A DNA stretch of 44,356 nt, from sequence record QB031381.1, one strand, 5' to 3'. Both the position numbers and the translations under genes were made by a program. Position 1 is the first letter of the stretch; each line of letters starts with the position of its first letter. This document shows positions 8,516 to 16,731 of the stretch, in pieces. The stretch is from a phage. The notes under the pieces are model-generated. The model had not been told where the DNA came from and did not search any database. It saw nothing but the letters and a program-made list of their open reading frames with translations.

Positions 8516-10339
8516 ATGGCAGCGGGTACACTATCCGTAACGAATAACAGCAAGGCGGTTGTCGGGGTGGGCACGACGTTTACCTCGTTTACAGCTGGCG
8601 ACTTCTTATCGCTGGTAGTGGGGCAAGTCCCATACACTGTTGCTATCGCGTCAGTCGAAAGCGACACCGCGCTTACGCTGGTGCTGCCGTTCGACGGCCC
8701 CACGGCAACGGGACTCGCGTGGGATGGCGTTAAGCGCGATACCATGTCGCTGGCAACGATGGGCGTAACAGTACAGGCGCAGAAAGCGTTGCGCTTGATG
8801 CTCGCGGACGAAAACAACTGGCGTGCGATCTTCGGAGACGAAGAAGAAATCACGGTAACGCTGCCGAACGGGCAAGTCATGCAGGGTATGTCGTGGGGCT
8901 ATCTGTCGCAATTGCTGAAGGAAGTTGACCCCGTTGAAATGCGCAACCTGCAACAACAAGCCGCGGCATCTGAAGCAGCAGCGCAAGGATTTCGCAATGA
9001 GGCCGAAGGCTTCAAGACTGAGACGGATGGCATTCGCGACGCCACCAATCAGATTAAGGCAGAAACGGCGGGCATTCGCGACGCCACTAATACCATCAAA
9101 ACGCAGACTGATCAGATTAAGGCTGATACGCAGGCGATCAAAGACCAGACTAACCAGATCAAGACTGACACCGGCGCTATTCGCGACGAGGCCAACGCCG
9201 CGAAGGCGGAAGCGCAAGCCGCCAGCACTGCCGCGCAGGGATTTCGCGATCAGGCCGAAGAATGGGCGCAAAGCGTAAACCCAGACAATCTGCTAACCAA
9301 ATCCGGCAACCTCGCCGGGCTTGCGGACAAAAGTGCGTCGTGGGCTAACCTTATGCCGTCAGGACCGCTTCGCGTAGGCGCGGACCCAGTCGACCCTCTT
9401 GACTCTGCGACTAAAGGGTGGGTGTGGCGCGGTCTTGATGACGTGGGGATTTGGGGTTTACGCAATAATTACGCTTCAGATCCGGCGAATGGCGCAGAAG
9501 TATACGGCGGTAGATTCGACTCATCTGTGACCGTTGCTGGGGCCGAAAAATACAGAACGTCGATTCAGCTTCAGGGGCGTAATAACGTAGACGCATGGAC
9601 CCGTTTGGCGACCGTTAACGTCCTCGACCCGGTGAACTCGCCGTCGTGGGACTTTAAATATGATGGTAGGCTTATTTTTTATAAAGCATTGTGGCCATCG
9701 TCCATTTCTGCGTCGCCTGTTAATACCTACGCGACCCTTCCTAATACCTGGATGGACAGCCAATACTCGGGCCATGTAGGTTTTGTCGGTGGCGGCGCTG
9801 GCACGGCGGGTGGTGGGTGGCGTAACTTCATTTCGTTCGGGGCGTTGATTCACCCCGTTGCGGGGTCATCACACCCTCACGCTATGATTTCGCAGGTCTT
9901 TGACTATGATCTGGCGACTGGAATGCAGCCTAACGCCGACATCGTTCGGAATACTACCTTTAACGCCGAGTCATACGATATTACCTTCGGCAACAACGCT
10001 GGGTCGGTTGGATATATTTTCGCAAAATCCCCGGTATCCGACAGGGCGCTGAAGCATGATATCGCCAGGATCGACACTCAAGTTGCGTTCGATAACGTTA
10101 TGGCAATGGAATACTCTTCCTTTGTTTATAACTACGACAAAAAGGAAACGGTCAGACGTGGTTTTATCGCGCAGCAGTTGGAAGAGATCGACCCGCAGTA
10201 TGTTCGTAAGTACACCAGCGCAACGGGTAAAGAGTTTCTGGCATTAGATGAAAACGTCCTTCTACTTGACCTTGTCGCGACTGTTCAGCATTTGGCGGCG
10301 AAGGTTGAGGCGTTAGAAAGTAAGTTAGCGGAGAAATAA
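8516..10339 (+). CDS. Tail fibre protein with C-terminal S74-type intramolecular chaperone/autoprotease domain
   Basis: The listed ORF starts at a TTG; the ATG at 8516 has a GAGGA RBS. Coiled-coil repeat region, then a C-terminal block beginning PVSDRALKHDIARID (Ser codon at 10037..10039) typical of self-cleaving fibre chaperone domains. Confidence 0.7.
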   Translation: MAAGTLSVTNNSKAVVGVGTTFTSFTAGDFLSLVVGQVPYTVAIASVESDTALTLVLPFDGPTATGLAWDGVKRDTMSLATMGVTVQAQKALRLMLADENNWRAIFGDEEEITVTLPNGQVMQGMSWGYLSQLLKEVDPVEMRNLQQQAAASEAAAQGFRNEAEGFKTETDGIRDATNQIKAETAGIRDATNTIKTQTDQIKADTQAIKDQTNQIKTDTGAIRDEANAAKAEAQAASTAAQGFRDQAEEWAQSVNPDNLLTKSGNLAGLADKSASWANLMPSGPLRVGADPVDPLDSATKGWVWRGLDDVGIWGLRNNYASDPANGAEVYGGRFDSSVTVAGAEKYRTSIQLQGRNNVDAWTRLATVNVLDPVNSPSWDFKYDGRLIFYKALWPSSISASPVNTYATLPNTWMDSQYSGHVGFVGGGAGTAGGGWRNFISFGALIHPVAGSSHPHAMISQVFDYDLATGMQPNADIVRNTTFNAESYDITFGNNAGSVGYIFAKSPVSDRALKHDIARIDTQVAFDNVMAMEYSSFVYNYDKKETVRRGFIAQQLEEIDPQYVRKYTSATGKEFLALDENVLLLDLVATVQHLAAKVEALESKLAEK

Positions 10340-10343
10340 GGAT

Positions 10344-10369
10344 AAGGGGCCATATGGCCCCTATTTTTA
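10344..10369 (+). terminator. Rho-independent terminator after tail fibre gene
   Basis: AAGGGGCC-ATAT-GGCCCCT hairpin followed by a TTTTT run. Confidence 0.6.
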
Positions 10370-10942
10370 GTTTGAGTTTTCCCAGTCCATTTTGCGCCGC
10401 ACAAGCGGGCTTTCGTAATATTCCTTACCGTCGACTTCCACCAGGGGCCAATCGTTCACTATCACGTATGGCTCCGCAATATCCTCAATCACGCCGCTGG
10501 CGCTATGCTGCCCGAACGATACCCCCACCAGAATAACACCGGCAACTCGACGAGTGAGATACTCGCGAGCGCAACGTGCCTCCACCAACCCACGACGGAT
10601 GCCGCTGGTGGCCTTAACCTCGTAGGTCCAGACGGCATCAATCATATGTTCGCGGAAGTCGGGACCGGATTTTACCTTGCGCTTGCCGACCATGATAATA
10701 TCGCCGCGGTCGATAGTGTTAGCGCTAAACAGGCCGGTACGCATTAGCAAACCTTGCGGGATACAGCTACGCCCACCCGCCTGCCCTTCGAGGTACATGC
10801 CTGCAAACATTTCGCCCAGCACACCGACGAGTCTGCTTTGCTTGCACGCGTCAGACTTGTATCGCCACTGTTCAAACTCGATGCTTGCAATCATTGCCGC
10901 CAGGTGGAATTGTTTACCGGTTATTTCATATTCGCCGTACAT
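10367..10942 (-). CDS. Hypothetical protein (possible PD-(D/E)xK-like nuclease fold)
   Basis: 191-aa ORF with GAGGGA RBS. Contains a D...EVK pattern (IDAVWTYEVKAT) compatible with restriction-endonuclease-like folds; weak. Confidence 0.45.
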   Translation of the reverse strand: MYGEYEITGKQFHLAAMIASIEFEQWRYKSDACKQSRLVGVLGEMFAGMYLEGQAGGRSCIPQGLLMRTGLFSANTIDRGDIIMVGKRKVKSGPDFREHMIDAVWTYEVKATSGIRRGLVEARCAREYLTRRVAGVILVGVSFGQHSASGVIEDIAEPYVIVNDWPLVEVDGKEYYESPLVRRKMDWENSN

Positions 10943-10983
10943 TGTGAATCCCTCATTGATGCGGGCCGAAGCCCGCGATTAAA

Positions 10984-11538
10984 TTATTTAAGTGCGCCAG
11001 TCACCAGTGTTTTTTCCATGTTACGGAAATCTTCCTGCGTCATGCAGATTTTCGATCCGTCTTCGCCGGTGAGCACGACCATAGGCTGGACGTCCTGGGC
11101 TACAACTCCAAAATTGGCGGCCCTAACAGTCTTGCCGAACGAGGCCACCGTATCCTCTGCAACGCGAATTGCGCTGTTATACGCATTAATCTCGCCGTCC
11201 AGGCGCACGGACAGGCCTTTGAGGCTGTCGAATTGTGCTGCCGTTGTGTCGATCTGAATCTCGTCATGCACGGTCATGTAAGACTCGCCCAGCAGGGCGG
11301 CATACGCCACCAGGTCCACGATGTTATCTTCCTGGTGCTTACGGGTCTGGCGTACCAGCTTCAGGCAGATCAGGAAGGTCCAGGCTTCTTGCTCGGTAAG
11401 GTCGCGCCCGGTAAGCGCGTTAAACACGGCAGCGATCTGTTTCGCGCTGCGTTCTTCTTTCGCTTTGTCATAGCCATTTTCTTTCCCGCGCTGTTCCATA
11501 GTGGTGGCGGCGTTTTTGCAGTATTCGTATGCTTTCAC
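10984..11538 (-). CDS. Hypothetical protein (GTG start)
   Basis: The listed ORF 10984..11616 begins at a TTG inside a palindrome. The in-frame GTG at 11538 with an AAGGT RBS is the more plausible start. No recognisable family. Confidence 0.4.
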   Translation of the reverse strand: MKAYEYCKNAATTMEQRGKENGYDKAKEERSAKQIAAVFNALTGRDLTEQEAWTFLICLKLVRQTRKHQEDNIVDLVAYAALLGESYMTVHDEIQIDTTAAQFDSLKGLSVRLDGEINAYNSAIRVAEDTVASFGKTVRAANFGVVAQDVQPMVVLTGEDGSKICMTQEDFRNMEKTLVTGALK

Positions 11539-11586
11539 AGTATTACCTTTTTTTTTAGCTAGGGGGCCGTATTGCCCCCGACGTCT

Positions 11587-11616
11587 ACTATAGTGCAACC
11601 AACCTATTGGTTGCAA
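11587..11616 (-). promoter_or_regulatory. Sigma70-like promoter overlapping a perfect inverted repeat
   Basis: Minus-strand reading: TTGCAA-N18-TATAGT. The spacer and -35 contain TGCAACCAA-CCTA-TTGGTTGCA (11594..11615). Confidence 0.45.
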
Positions 11617-12074
11617 GTGAATTTTGCAACGTTTATTGCGTAAATTTTCGGGACCAAATCACCACACGCCCGACGAATTGCCGCGATGTTCTTCTCGCAA
11701 TCTTCAATGATGACCAGTTCAGACACGTCCGCGTAACATACCATTTTGAACACGGCGCACGCTTTAAACTCAGGCGGCGGGGTGTCGTCCAACATGTGGC
11801 GCATAAACAACCGGCCTACCGGGAAGACCTCTAATTGCTCGGCGGTGGTGTCCCAACATTCTCGCTGCCGGTTGGTCAGATACGCGATCTCGAAGCCTTG
11901 CTCTTTATACATGCGCAGTAGCGGCAGCATATCCATGTTAAGGTCTTCGCGGACGTGCGCTTTGTGCCACTTCGCCCAAAAGGTGGATTTAGTTTTTATG
12001 CCAGGCACCAAGTCGGCACGCGCATCGCTTGAACCGTTAATAACGCCATCCAAATCGCAAATCAGTAATTTCAT
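11604..12074 (-). CDS. HAD-superfamily phosphatase (possible nucleotidase)
   Basis: N-terminal DxDGV motif (LICDLDGVIN) characteristic of HAD hydrolases; 156 aa. Confidence 0.6.
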   Translation of the reverse strand: MKLLICDLDGVINGSSDARADLVPGIKTKSTFWAKWHKAHVREDLNMDMLPLLRMYKEQGFEIAYLTNRQRECWDTTAEQLEVFPVGRLFMRHMLDDTPPPEFKACAVFKMVCYADVSELVIIEDCEKNIAAIRRACGDLVPKIYAINVAKFTCNQ

Positions 12075-12295
12075 TTTAAACTCTCAATAAGGGTGTAACG
12101 GGCGCTTCGCGCAGTAAAGGAGTTGCACACGAAATGGCAACGCTGAGTCATGACAAGCCAACCGGTGAGGTCAAGGCCCAGGATGTATTCGGGGCGAGAC
12201 GCGCGCACTACCCGATTGCGTCGCGGATCAATACAGTAGTCTCTTTGCATTTGGTCTACGACCGCGGGGTCGCGGTCAACGATTAAGATATTCAA
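12071..12295 (-). CDS. Hypothetical protein
   Basis: 74-aa ORF with start and stop overlapping flanking genes. Confidence 0.35.
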   Translation of the reverse strand: MNILIVDRDPAVVDQMQRDYCIDPRRNRVVRASRPEYILGLDLTGWLVMTQRCHFVCNSFTARSARYTLIESLK

Positions 12296-12761
12296 GGAGT
12301 TCTCCTTCGCTCATTATTTCAATTTGTGCGCTGCCGATGGGTGGCGCTTCGCCAAAGATTATCAATTGCTGGCACTTGTTATTGCTCGGCCCGACTTCAC
12401 CGGTGACGGCATGTATAAATCGGATCCGCCAGTCCAGAAGAATTATCAGGTTTGCAGTCTTCCGGGCCAACCGCGCCCACTTTGTCGACGTGTCCTGATT
12501 CAGTAGCATGACGGTCCGGCGTCCGTGCGCTGCGCACTTAACCCACGGCAGCGGATCGGAATACGGCGGGTTGCACCACTTCCACCCTTTCAACTCTGAC
12601 CAGTCCACATCGAGCGCGCTGTGCTCCGCCGTGAAGTAACGCGGTAGCAGGTGGTTGGCATCGCTCGCCGCCATGTCATAACGGAATCGGTACTTCCGGC
12701 GCAGCGGTTTAAATAAAGCTGGCGGCGTGCGCCAGCTATCTTTTTGCTCACTCTTCTTCAT
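12276..12761 (-). CDS. DNA N6-adenine methyltransferase (phage Dam-like)
   Basis: N-terminal WRTPP motif and NPPY catalytic motif (WCNPPYS) typical of small phage N6-adenine methyltransferases. Confidence 0.65.
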   Translation of the reverse strand: MKKSEQKDSWRTPPALFKPLRRKYRFRYDMAASDANHLLPRYFTAEHSALDVDWSELKGWKWCNPPYSDPLPWVKCAAHGRRTVMLLNQDTSTKWARLARKTANLIILLDWRIRFIHAVTGEVGPSNNKCQQLIIFGEAPPIGSAQIEIMSEGELLEYLNR

Positions 12762-13212
12762 GGTCGGTGTCTATCGCATACAGGGCGATTTTATTGCCGG
12801 TTTTGAGAATGCGTTGCACGCGCTTTGATTCCTCGGCACTAAGCGGGCGCGCGTCCGGGTAGATGCTGCCGTTTGTAGGGTTGCGCCACGCCATGAGCAC
12901 AAGGTCTTTCCTGGCGATCGAAGACTGGCGGCCCTTCGGACGCACGTACTCCTCGGCACGTTTGCAATGCTCACGCAGCCCGTCGGCAGTGATGCGGTTT
13001 AGTGCAACGCTGGTGGTGTATCCGGTGCGCTGCATAATCCCCATCAATTCGAAAAGCAGTACGAAGCGCTCCGCTAGCTCCTGGCGCACTTTCTTCTCTC
13101 CTTCATATAGCGCCTGGTTGGTGTCCGCCAACGCGTTCGCACGTTCGGCCTGTTCGCGGGCTTCGAGGCATTGCGCGGCCCAGTAATCTTTTTCTTCTTG
13201 TAAAATTTTCAT
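12748..13212 (-). CDS. Hypothetical protein (predicted coiled coil)
   Basis: 154-aa ORF, Glu/Arg/Ala-rich N-terminus; operon context. Confidence 0.4.
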   Translation of the reverse strand: MKILQEEKDYWAAQCLEAREQAERANALADTNQALYEGEKKVRQELAERFVLLFELMGIMQRTGYTTSVALNRITADGLREHCKRAEEYVRPKGRQSSIARKDLVLMAWRNPTNGSIYPDARPLSAEESKRVQRILKTGNKIALYAIDTDHEEE

Positions 13213-13455
13213 TTATTTAATCTCCGTAGTGCGAATCTCTTTGCGTGGGATAAATTTGCCGTCCATCTCCACCCAACAGACTCCGTATCGCCATTGGGTG
13301 TTACGACCTGTTTGCTCGGCGTACACGGTCTTGCATCCGTAGCGTTCCGTGTAGTAAATAGCTGCGGTAGGTACGCAAACACAAACGGCAATCATGAGGG
13401 TGAGTATCACCCAAAATCTAAGGTCGCCGTCGTAGTCGAAAAATAATGATGTCAT
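13213..13455 (-). CDS. Small membrane protein
   Basis: Internal ATG with GGAGA RBS. One strong TM helix (FWVILTLMIAVCVCVPTAAIYY). The longer listed ORF overlaps the upstream promoter. Confidence 0.45.
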   Translation of the reverse strand: MTSLFFDYDGDLRFWVILTLMIAVCVCVPTAAIYYTERYGCKTVYAEQTGRNTQWRYGVCWVEMDGKFIPRKEIRTTEIK

Positions 13456-13501
13456 CGTTATGTCTCCAGGTATTAAAAAGGGCGTCCAACCGGACACCCT
13501 C

Positions 13502-13530
13502 AATATAATGCAACCAATATGCTTATGCAA
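13502..13530 (-). promoter_or_regulatory. Sigma70-like promoter with tandem ATTGGTTGCAT motifs
   Basis: Minus-strand reading: TTGCAT-N17-TATATT; two GCAACCAA copies at 13510..13517 and 13527..13534. Confidence 0.5.
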
Positions 13531-13535
13531 CCAAT

Positions 13536-13859
13536 TTACGCATAAAAATTTGGGTCGCGCGCTACGTCTACCAGATACAGATTGCTGATCCGGTTGCCGT
13601 AGTGCCCTGGCGTGCGCTGGCGGCACACAACGGCGAAGCCTGGGGGGATTGTATTGCCCGTCTCAATAATCCACGCCACGCGTGCGCCAGACAGCGTCTT
13701 ACCGTTGTATTCGATACGTGTTCCGCCATCGGCAGTGTTAAGGTTGCCAATCTTGCAGCCTGTGGACTTCAGGCGAATGACGCCGGTCTTGCTGTCGTAG
13801 GAAAAAAGCTGATTGGTCATTGCCACTGAAAAGTCGATGGCGTCGAATGTAGTATTCAT
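13536..13859 (-). CDS. Hypothetical protein
   Basis: 107-aa ORF, compact operon spacing. Confidence 0.4.
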   Translation of the reverse strand: MNTTFDAIDFSVAMTNQLFSYDSKTGVIRLKSTGCKIGNLNTADGGTRIEYNGKTLSGARVAWIIETGNTIPPGFAVVCRQRTPGHYGNRISNLYLVDVARDPNFYA

Positions 13860-14551
13860 TTTAAATTTTCCTCGTTAACCGCTATCGCGAAGCCGCGCGG
13901 GGTGAGTGAGCGGATTAATTTTGTACGAGCGGATTTACCACCGAGGCGACTATACTGTTTCGAGTACCCTTTTTCAACGAAAACAGGTTTCTTCGCGGGC
14001 ATACGAAAGCCGTTGCCGGTCCATAAGCAGGTCAGCTTCGGATATGAATCGCGGGCGTTGATGTATTCAGGGAATAACGGGTGTACGTCATCCTCTGGCA
14101 AATAGCCGCCATACTCCCACGGGTCAAACGAGTGGTCCGGCTTACGCCATTGAGTGGAGAGCACGCTGCGCGGATTCTCAATCATATACGGCACTTCGAA
14201 GAAATCACCCAGGTAAGCGGCTATCTTCGCGGTGCGCACTGCCTTAAGCTGGAAGGCAGGGTCGCGGGCGCGTTTGCGCGGGAAAGCTGGCGCACCGCTA
14301 ACCGCCAGATCCGTACACGGCGGGAATGCGTAAATGATATCCGGCGTGCCGAAATCACCATTCATCGCGCGGTCCACGAAGTCCAGATCGATAAACTCAT
14401 TACGATATCGGATACCGCGCCCATAGATCCGGTAATCAAGGTAAGACCCGTGATCGGCTTCGGAGTAGTTGAAGCAATAACACTTATGCCCCATCTCGGC
14501 AGCACGCTCAATCATCAAGCCGCTGCCGTCAAATAATGACCATATAATCAC
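13856..14551 (-). CDS. DNA cytosine-C5 methyltransferase-like protein
   Basis: FxGxG-like motif (LFDGSG), PPC motif with catalytic-type Cys (FPPCTDLAVSG) and ENP motif (MIENP). Short at 231 aa for a full methyltransferase. Confidence 0.5.
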   Translation of the reverse strand: MIIWSLFDGSGLMIERAAEMGHKCYCFNYSEADHGSYLDYRIYGRGIRYRNEFIDLDFVDRAMNGDFGTPDIIYAFPPCTDLAVSGAPAFPRKRARDPAFQLKAVRTAKIAAYLGDFFEVPYMIENPRSVLSTQWRKPDHSFDPWEYGGYLPEDDVHPLFPEYINARDSYPKLTCLWTGNGFRMPAKKPVFVEKGYSKQYSRLGGKSARTKLIRSLTPRGFAIAVNEENLK

Positions 14552-15972
14552 TTGCGCGCCTTTTTAGCTTTCATGTATTCCATCAGGTCGTCCTGGATAT
14601 CTCGCTTACTGTCTCGACGCTCTGCGACCAGTTCATCCAGTGTGCCGCGCGCCTGGATAATGTAGACGAATACGGGACGAGGGTGTCCGGCTTGCATCTG
14701 GCGAACTGGCCCGATACGCTCCACGATCTGCGCAAAGTGCTCATAGTTCCAGGTGTCTGAGAAGATAGCAAGGTGGTGTCCGCCATCCTGCAAGTTAAGG
14801 CCGTGACCCGCCGATGCGGGGTGCGCAAACATGATGGGGATCTCGCCCCTGTTCCACGCTTCCATATCCTTATTGCCTTGCTTACCCTTACCCATCGCTA
14901 CGCCGTGCGGGAATTTCTTCCTGAGACGCGCCAGGTCATGCTTGTACTGGTATGCGACGAGCAACGGTGCGCCGTTCAACTCCTCCACGATACTTTCCAG
15001 CGCGTCCAGTTTAGCGTCGTGAATTTTCACCCATTCGTCGGTCCGTTCGCCGTCTTCGTCGACCTTATACACGGCCCCGGAAGCAAGCTGAAGGCACTTA
15101 ATGGTCTTCGAAGCAGCGTTCGCCGCCTCCACCGTTCCGCTTTCCAGTTCGGCAAATAGCTCCGCTTCGAACTGGTCATAAATCTTGCGGGCTTTCTTCG
15201 GCAGGTCCACAACAACCGGCGTATAGATTGGCTTGTCACATCCGAAGTATTCAGCCGCATCAACGGTGAGCGATACGTCAGACAGGCGTTGTTGTATTTC
15301 TTTCTCGGAGTTCTTAAGCGGGGCGTGCTGCATAGTGAAGCTGCCAGGCTTAACAGGCTTGCTAATAAACCAGCGATCCGTAAATGCCTTATAGCTACTG
15401 CCGAGGCGTTCGCCACCATCGACAAACCACGTCTGACCCCACAGGTCTTTCAGTCCGTTTGGCGCGGGTGTGCCGGTAAGGTTAATCCAGCGCTTGACGT
15501 GCTTATGGGCAATCGCCGCCAGTGCGCGGGCGCGCTTACTCCCCTGCTTGCTTCTATAGCCTTTCAGCTTAGTGGATTCATCGGCAACAACGACCGTAAA
15601 GGGCCACGCAGCGCCGTAATAGTCAACCAGCCACTCAACCACATCATAGTTAACACAAACCACGTTAGCGTCGCTCTCAAGCGCAGCAATGCGGTCCTTC
15701 TCTGGCCCTGTGCCGTCTACTACCAGCAGGGCGGGGAAGCGCCATTTCTCCTGCTCCGGGGGCCATGTACCGGACGCAACGCGCAGCGGGGCCAGCACCA
15801 GTACGCGGTCCTCCTGGTTGGACAGGATACCAGTCTGGAACATTTTATTCAGTGCCCACATGGTCGCGCCAGTTTTACCCGACCCCATTGTCGCCCAGAT
15901 ATTGCATCGCTTATGCTTGAGGATGAACGCGGTTATCAACTTCTGATATTCGCGACGTCGGAATCTTGCCAT
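14548..15972 (-). CDS. SNF2/DEAD-like superfamily II helicase
   Basis: Walker A GSGKTG, DExx box VVVADESTKL, LTGTPAPNGLKDLW and a C-terminal helicase domain. The listed ORF extends to 16062; ATG at 15972 (MARFRRR) avoids overlap with the upstream gene. Confidence 0.7.
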   Translation of the reverse strand: MARFRRREYQKLITAFILKHKRCNIWATMGSGKTGATMWALNKMFQTGILSNQEDRVLVLAPLRVASGTWPPEQEKWRFPALLVVDGTGPEKDRIAALESDANVVCVNYDVVEWLVDYYGAAWPFTVVVADESTKLKGYRSKQGSKRARALAAIAHKHVKRWINLTGTPAPNGLKDLWGQTWFVDGGERLGSSYKAFTDRWFISKPVKPGSFTMQHAPLKNSEKEIQQRLSDVSLTVDAAEYFGCDKPIYTPVVVDLPKKARKIYDQFEAELFAELESGTVEAANAASKTIKCLQLASGAVYKVDEDGERTDEWVKIHDAKLDALESIVEELNGAPLLVAYQYKHDLARLRKKFPHGVAMGKGKQGNKDMEAWNRGEIPIMFAHPASAGHGLNLQDGGHHLAIFSDTWNYEHFAQIVERIGPVRQMQAGHPRPVFVYIIQARGTLDELVAERRDSKRDIQDDLMEYMKAKKARK

Positions 15973-15976
15973 ATCT

Positions 15977-16195
15977 TTATTCCGCCTTTTTCCAGACTTC
16001 TGTCTCACTGTTCCAGTTCCTTTTTGTGGCGTCATAGTTGGTGCGGTGACCGATGTGCACACCCGTCGCCCGGAAGCTCTTAAATTTTTGCCAGCACACC
16101 GTCAACGGCAGCGGGTAATTCATACCGGCGATAAACCATACGCGATCGCCTGGTTTGCATTCGCCCAGCGTGGTAAGTCGGTAGTGTTCTTTCAT
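15977..16195 (-). CDS. Hypothetical protein
   Basis: Small ORF; the listed ORF begins at a TTG, and the internal ATG at 16195 has a GGGAGA RBS. Confidence 0.35.
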   Translation of the reverse strand: MKEHYRLTTLGECKPGDRVWFIAGMNYPLPLTVCWQKFKSFRATGVHIGHRTNYDATKRNWNSETEVWKKAE

Positions 16196-16209
16196 CGTCA
16201 TGTCTCCCA

Positions 16210-16231
16210 AAAATGGCGGGACAAGCCCGCC
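16210..16231 (-). terminator. Intrinsic terminator-like hairpin
   Basis: Minus-strand GGCGGGC-TTGT-CCCGCC followed by ATTTTT, downstream of gene 16239..16412. Confidence 0.4.
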
Positions 16232-16238
16232 GTATTAA

Positions 16239-16412
16239 TTATTTTTGCTCTGCGCGGTAGCGGCGCTGCCGTTCGCGCTCTTTTTTATTGCGGCACGATT
16301 TGCACTCTGCCCGATACCCATCCGGGCTTCGCGCAGTCTTCCCGGTGTATTTATGGAACTGGGATATCGGTTTAACGCAGCCGCAATTACTGCAGCGTTT
16401 TTCTTCAATCAT
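16239..16412 (-). CDS. Zinc-ribbon protein
   Basis: CxxC...CxxC pattern (CSNCGC...CKSCR); internal ATG with GAGGA RBS. Confidence 0.4.
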   Translation of the reverse strand: MIEEKRCSNCGCVKPISQFHKYTGKTARSPDGYRAECKSCRNKKERERQRRYRAEQK

Positions 16413-16443
16413 TTCTAAAATCCTCGATAGTGCTAACCGGCCC

Positions 16444-16472
16444 ACTATACCGCTACGCGACCAATTCAGCAA
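16444..16472 (-). promoter_or_regulatory. Sigma70-like promoter (TTGCTG-N17-TATAGT) carrying the ATTGGTTGC motif
   Basis: Minus-strand reading ATTGGTTGCTG...TATAGT; lies within the 3' end of the VRR-NUC gene. Confidence 0.4.
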
Positions 16473-16731
16473 CCAATAAATCACAGTCGGCTATGTTGTC
16501 GATGACGCGAACGTCCGCACCGCGGCGGGCCATTCGCTCATGTTCTCGTACCTGGTGCGGCTTCGGTTTGCCACCGGGGCGCTTCACTTCGACGAAAACT
16601 ATCTTGCCGTTGATGATGATAATCAGATCGGGCGCACCTGCGCGCCCCTCCCAAGCCACTTTGCGGCAGAATCCGCCGACGGCTTTCACCAGCTTCATAA
16701 GGTGACTTTGAATCTTGCCTTCTGGTGTCAT
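16453..16731 (-). CDS. VRR-NUC domain nuclease
   Basis: GAPDLIII...VEVK pattern (PD-(D/E)xK core) in a 92-aa protein; start overlaps the polymerase stop. Confidence 0.6.
   Translation of the reverse strand: MTPEGKIQSHLMKLVKAVGGFCRKVAWEGRAGAPDLIIIINGKIVFVEVKRPGGKPKPHQVREHERMARRGADVRVIDNIADCDLLVAELVA

Noticed and set aside
11538-11580. Hairpin GGGGGCCGTATTGCCCCC next to a nine-T run as a terminator
   Set aside because: The T-run precedes the hairpin on the plus strand and an A-run follows it on the minus strand, so neither orientation gives a hairpin followed by a U-tract.
10984-11616. Full-length listed ORF 10984..11616 (210 aa)
   Set aside because: Its first codon is TTG inside the TGCAACCAA palindrome and promoter. 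The in-frame GTG at 11538 with an RBS is a more plausible start.
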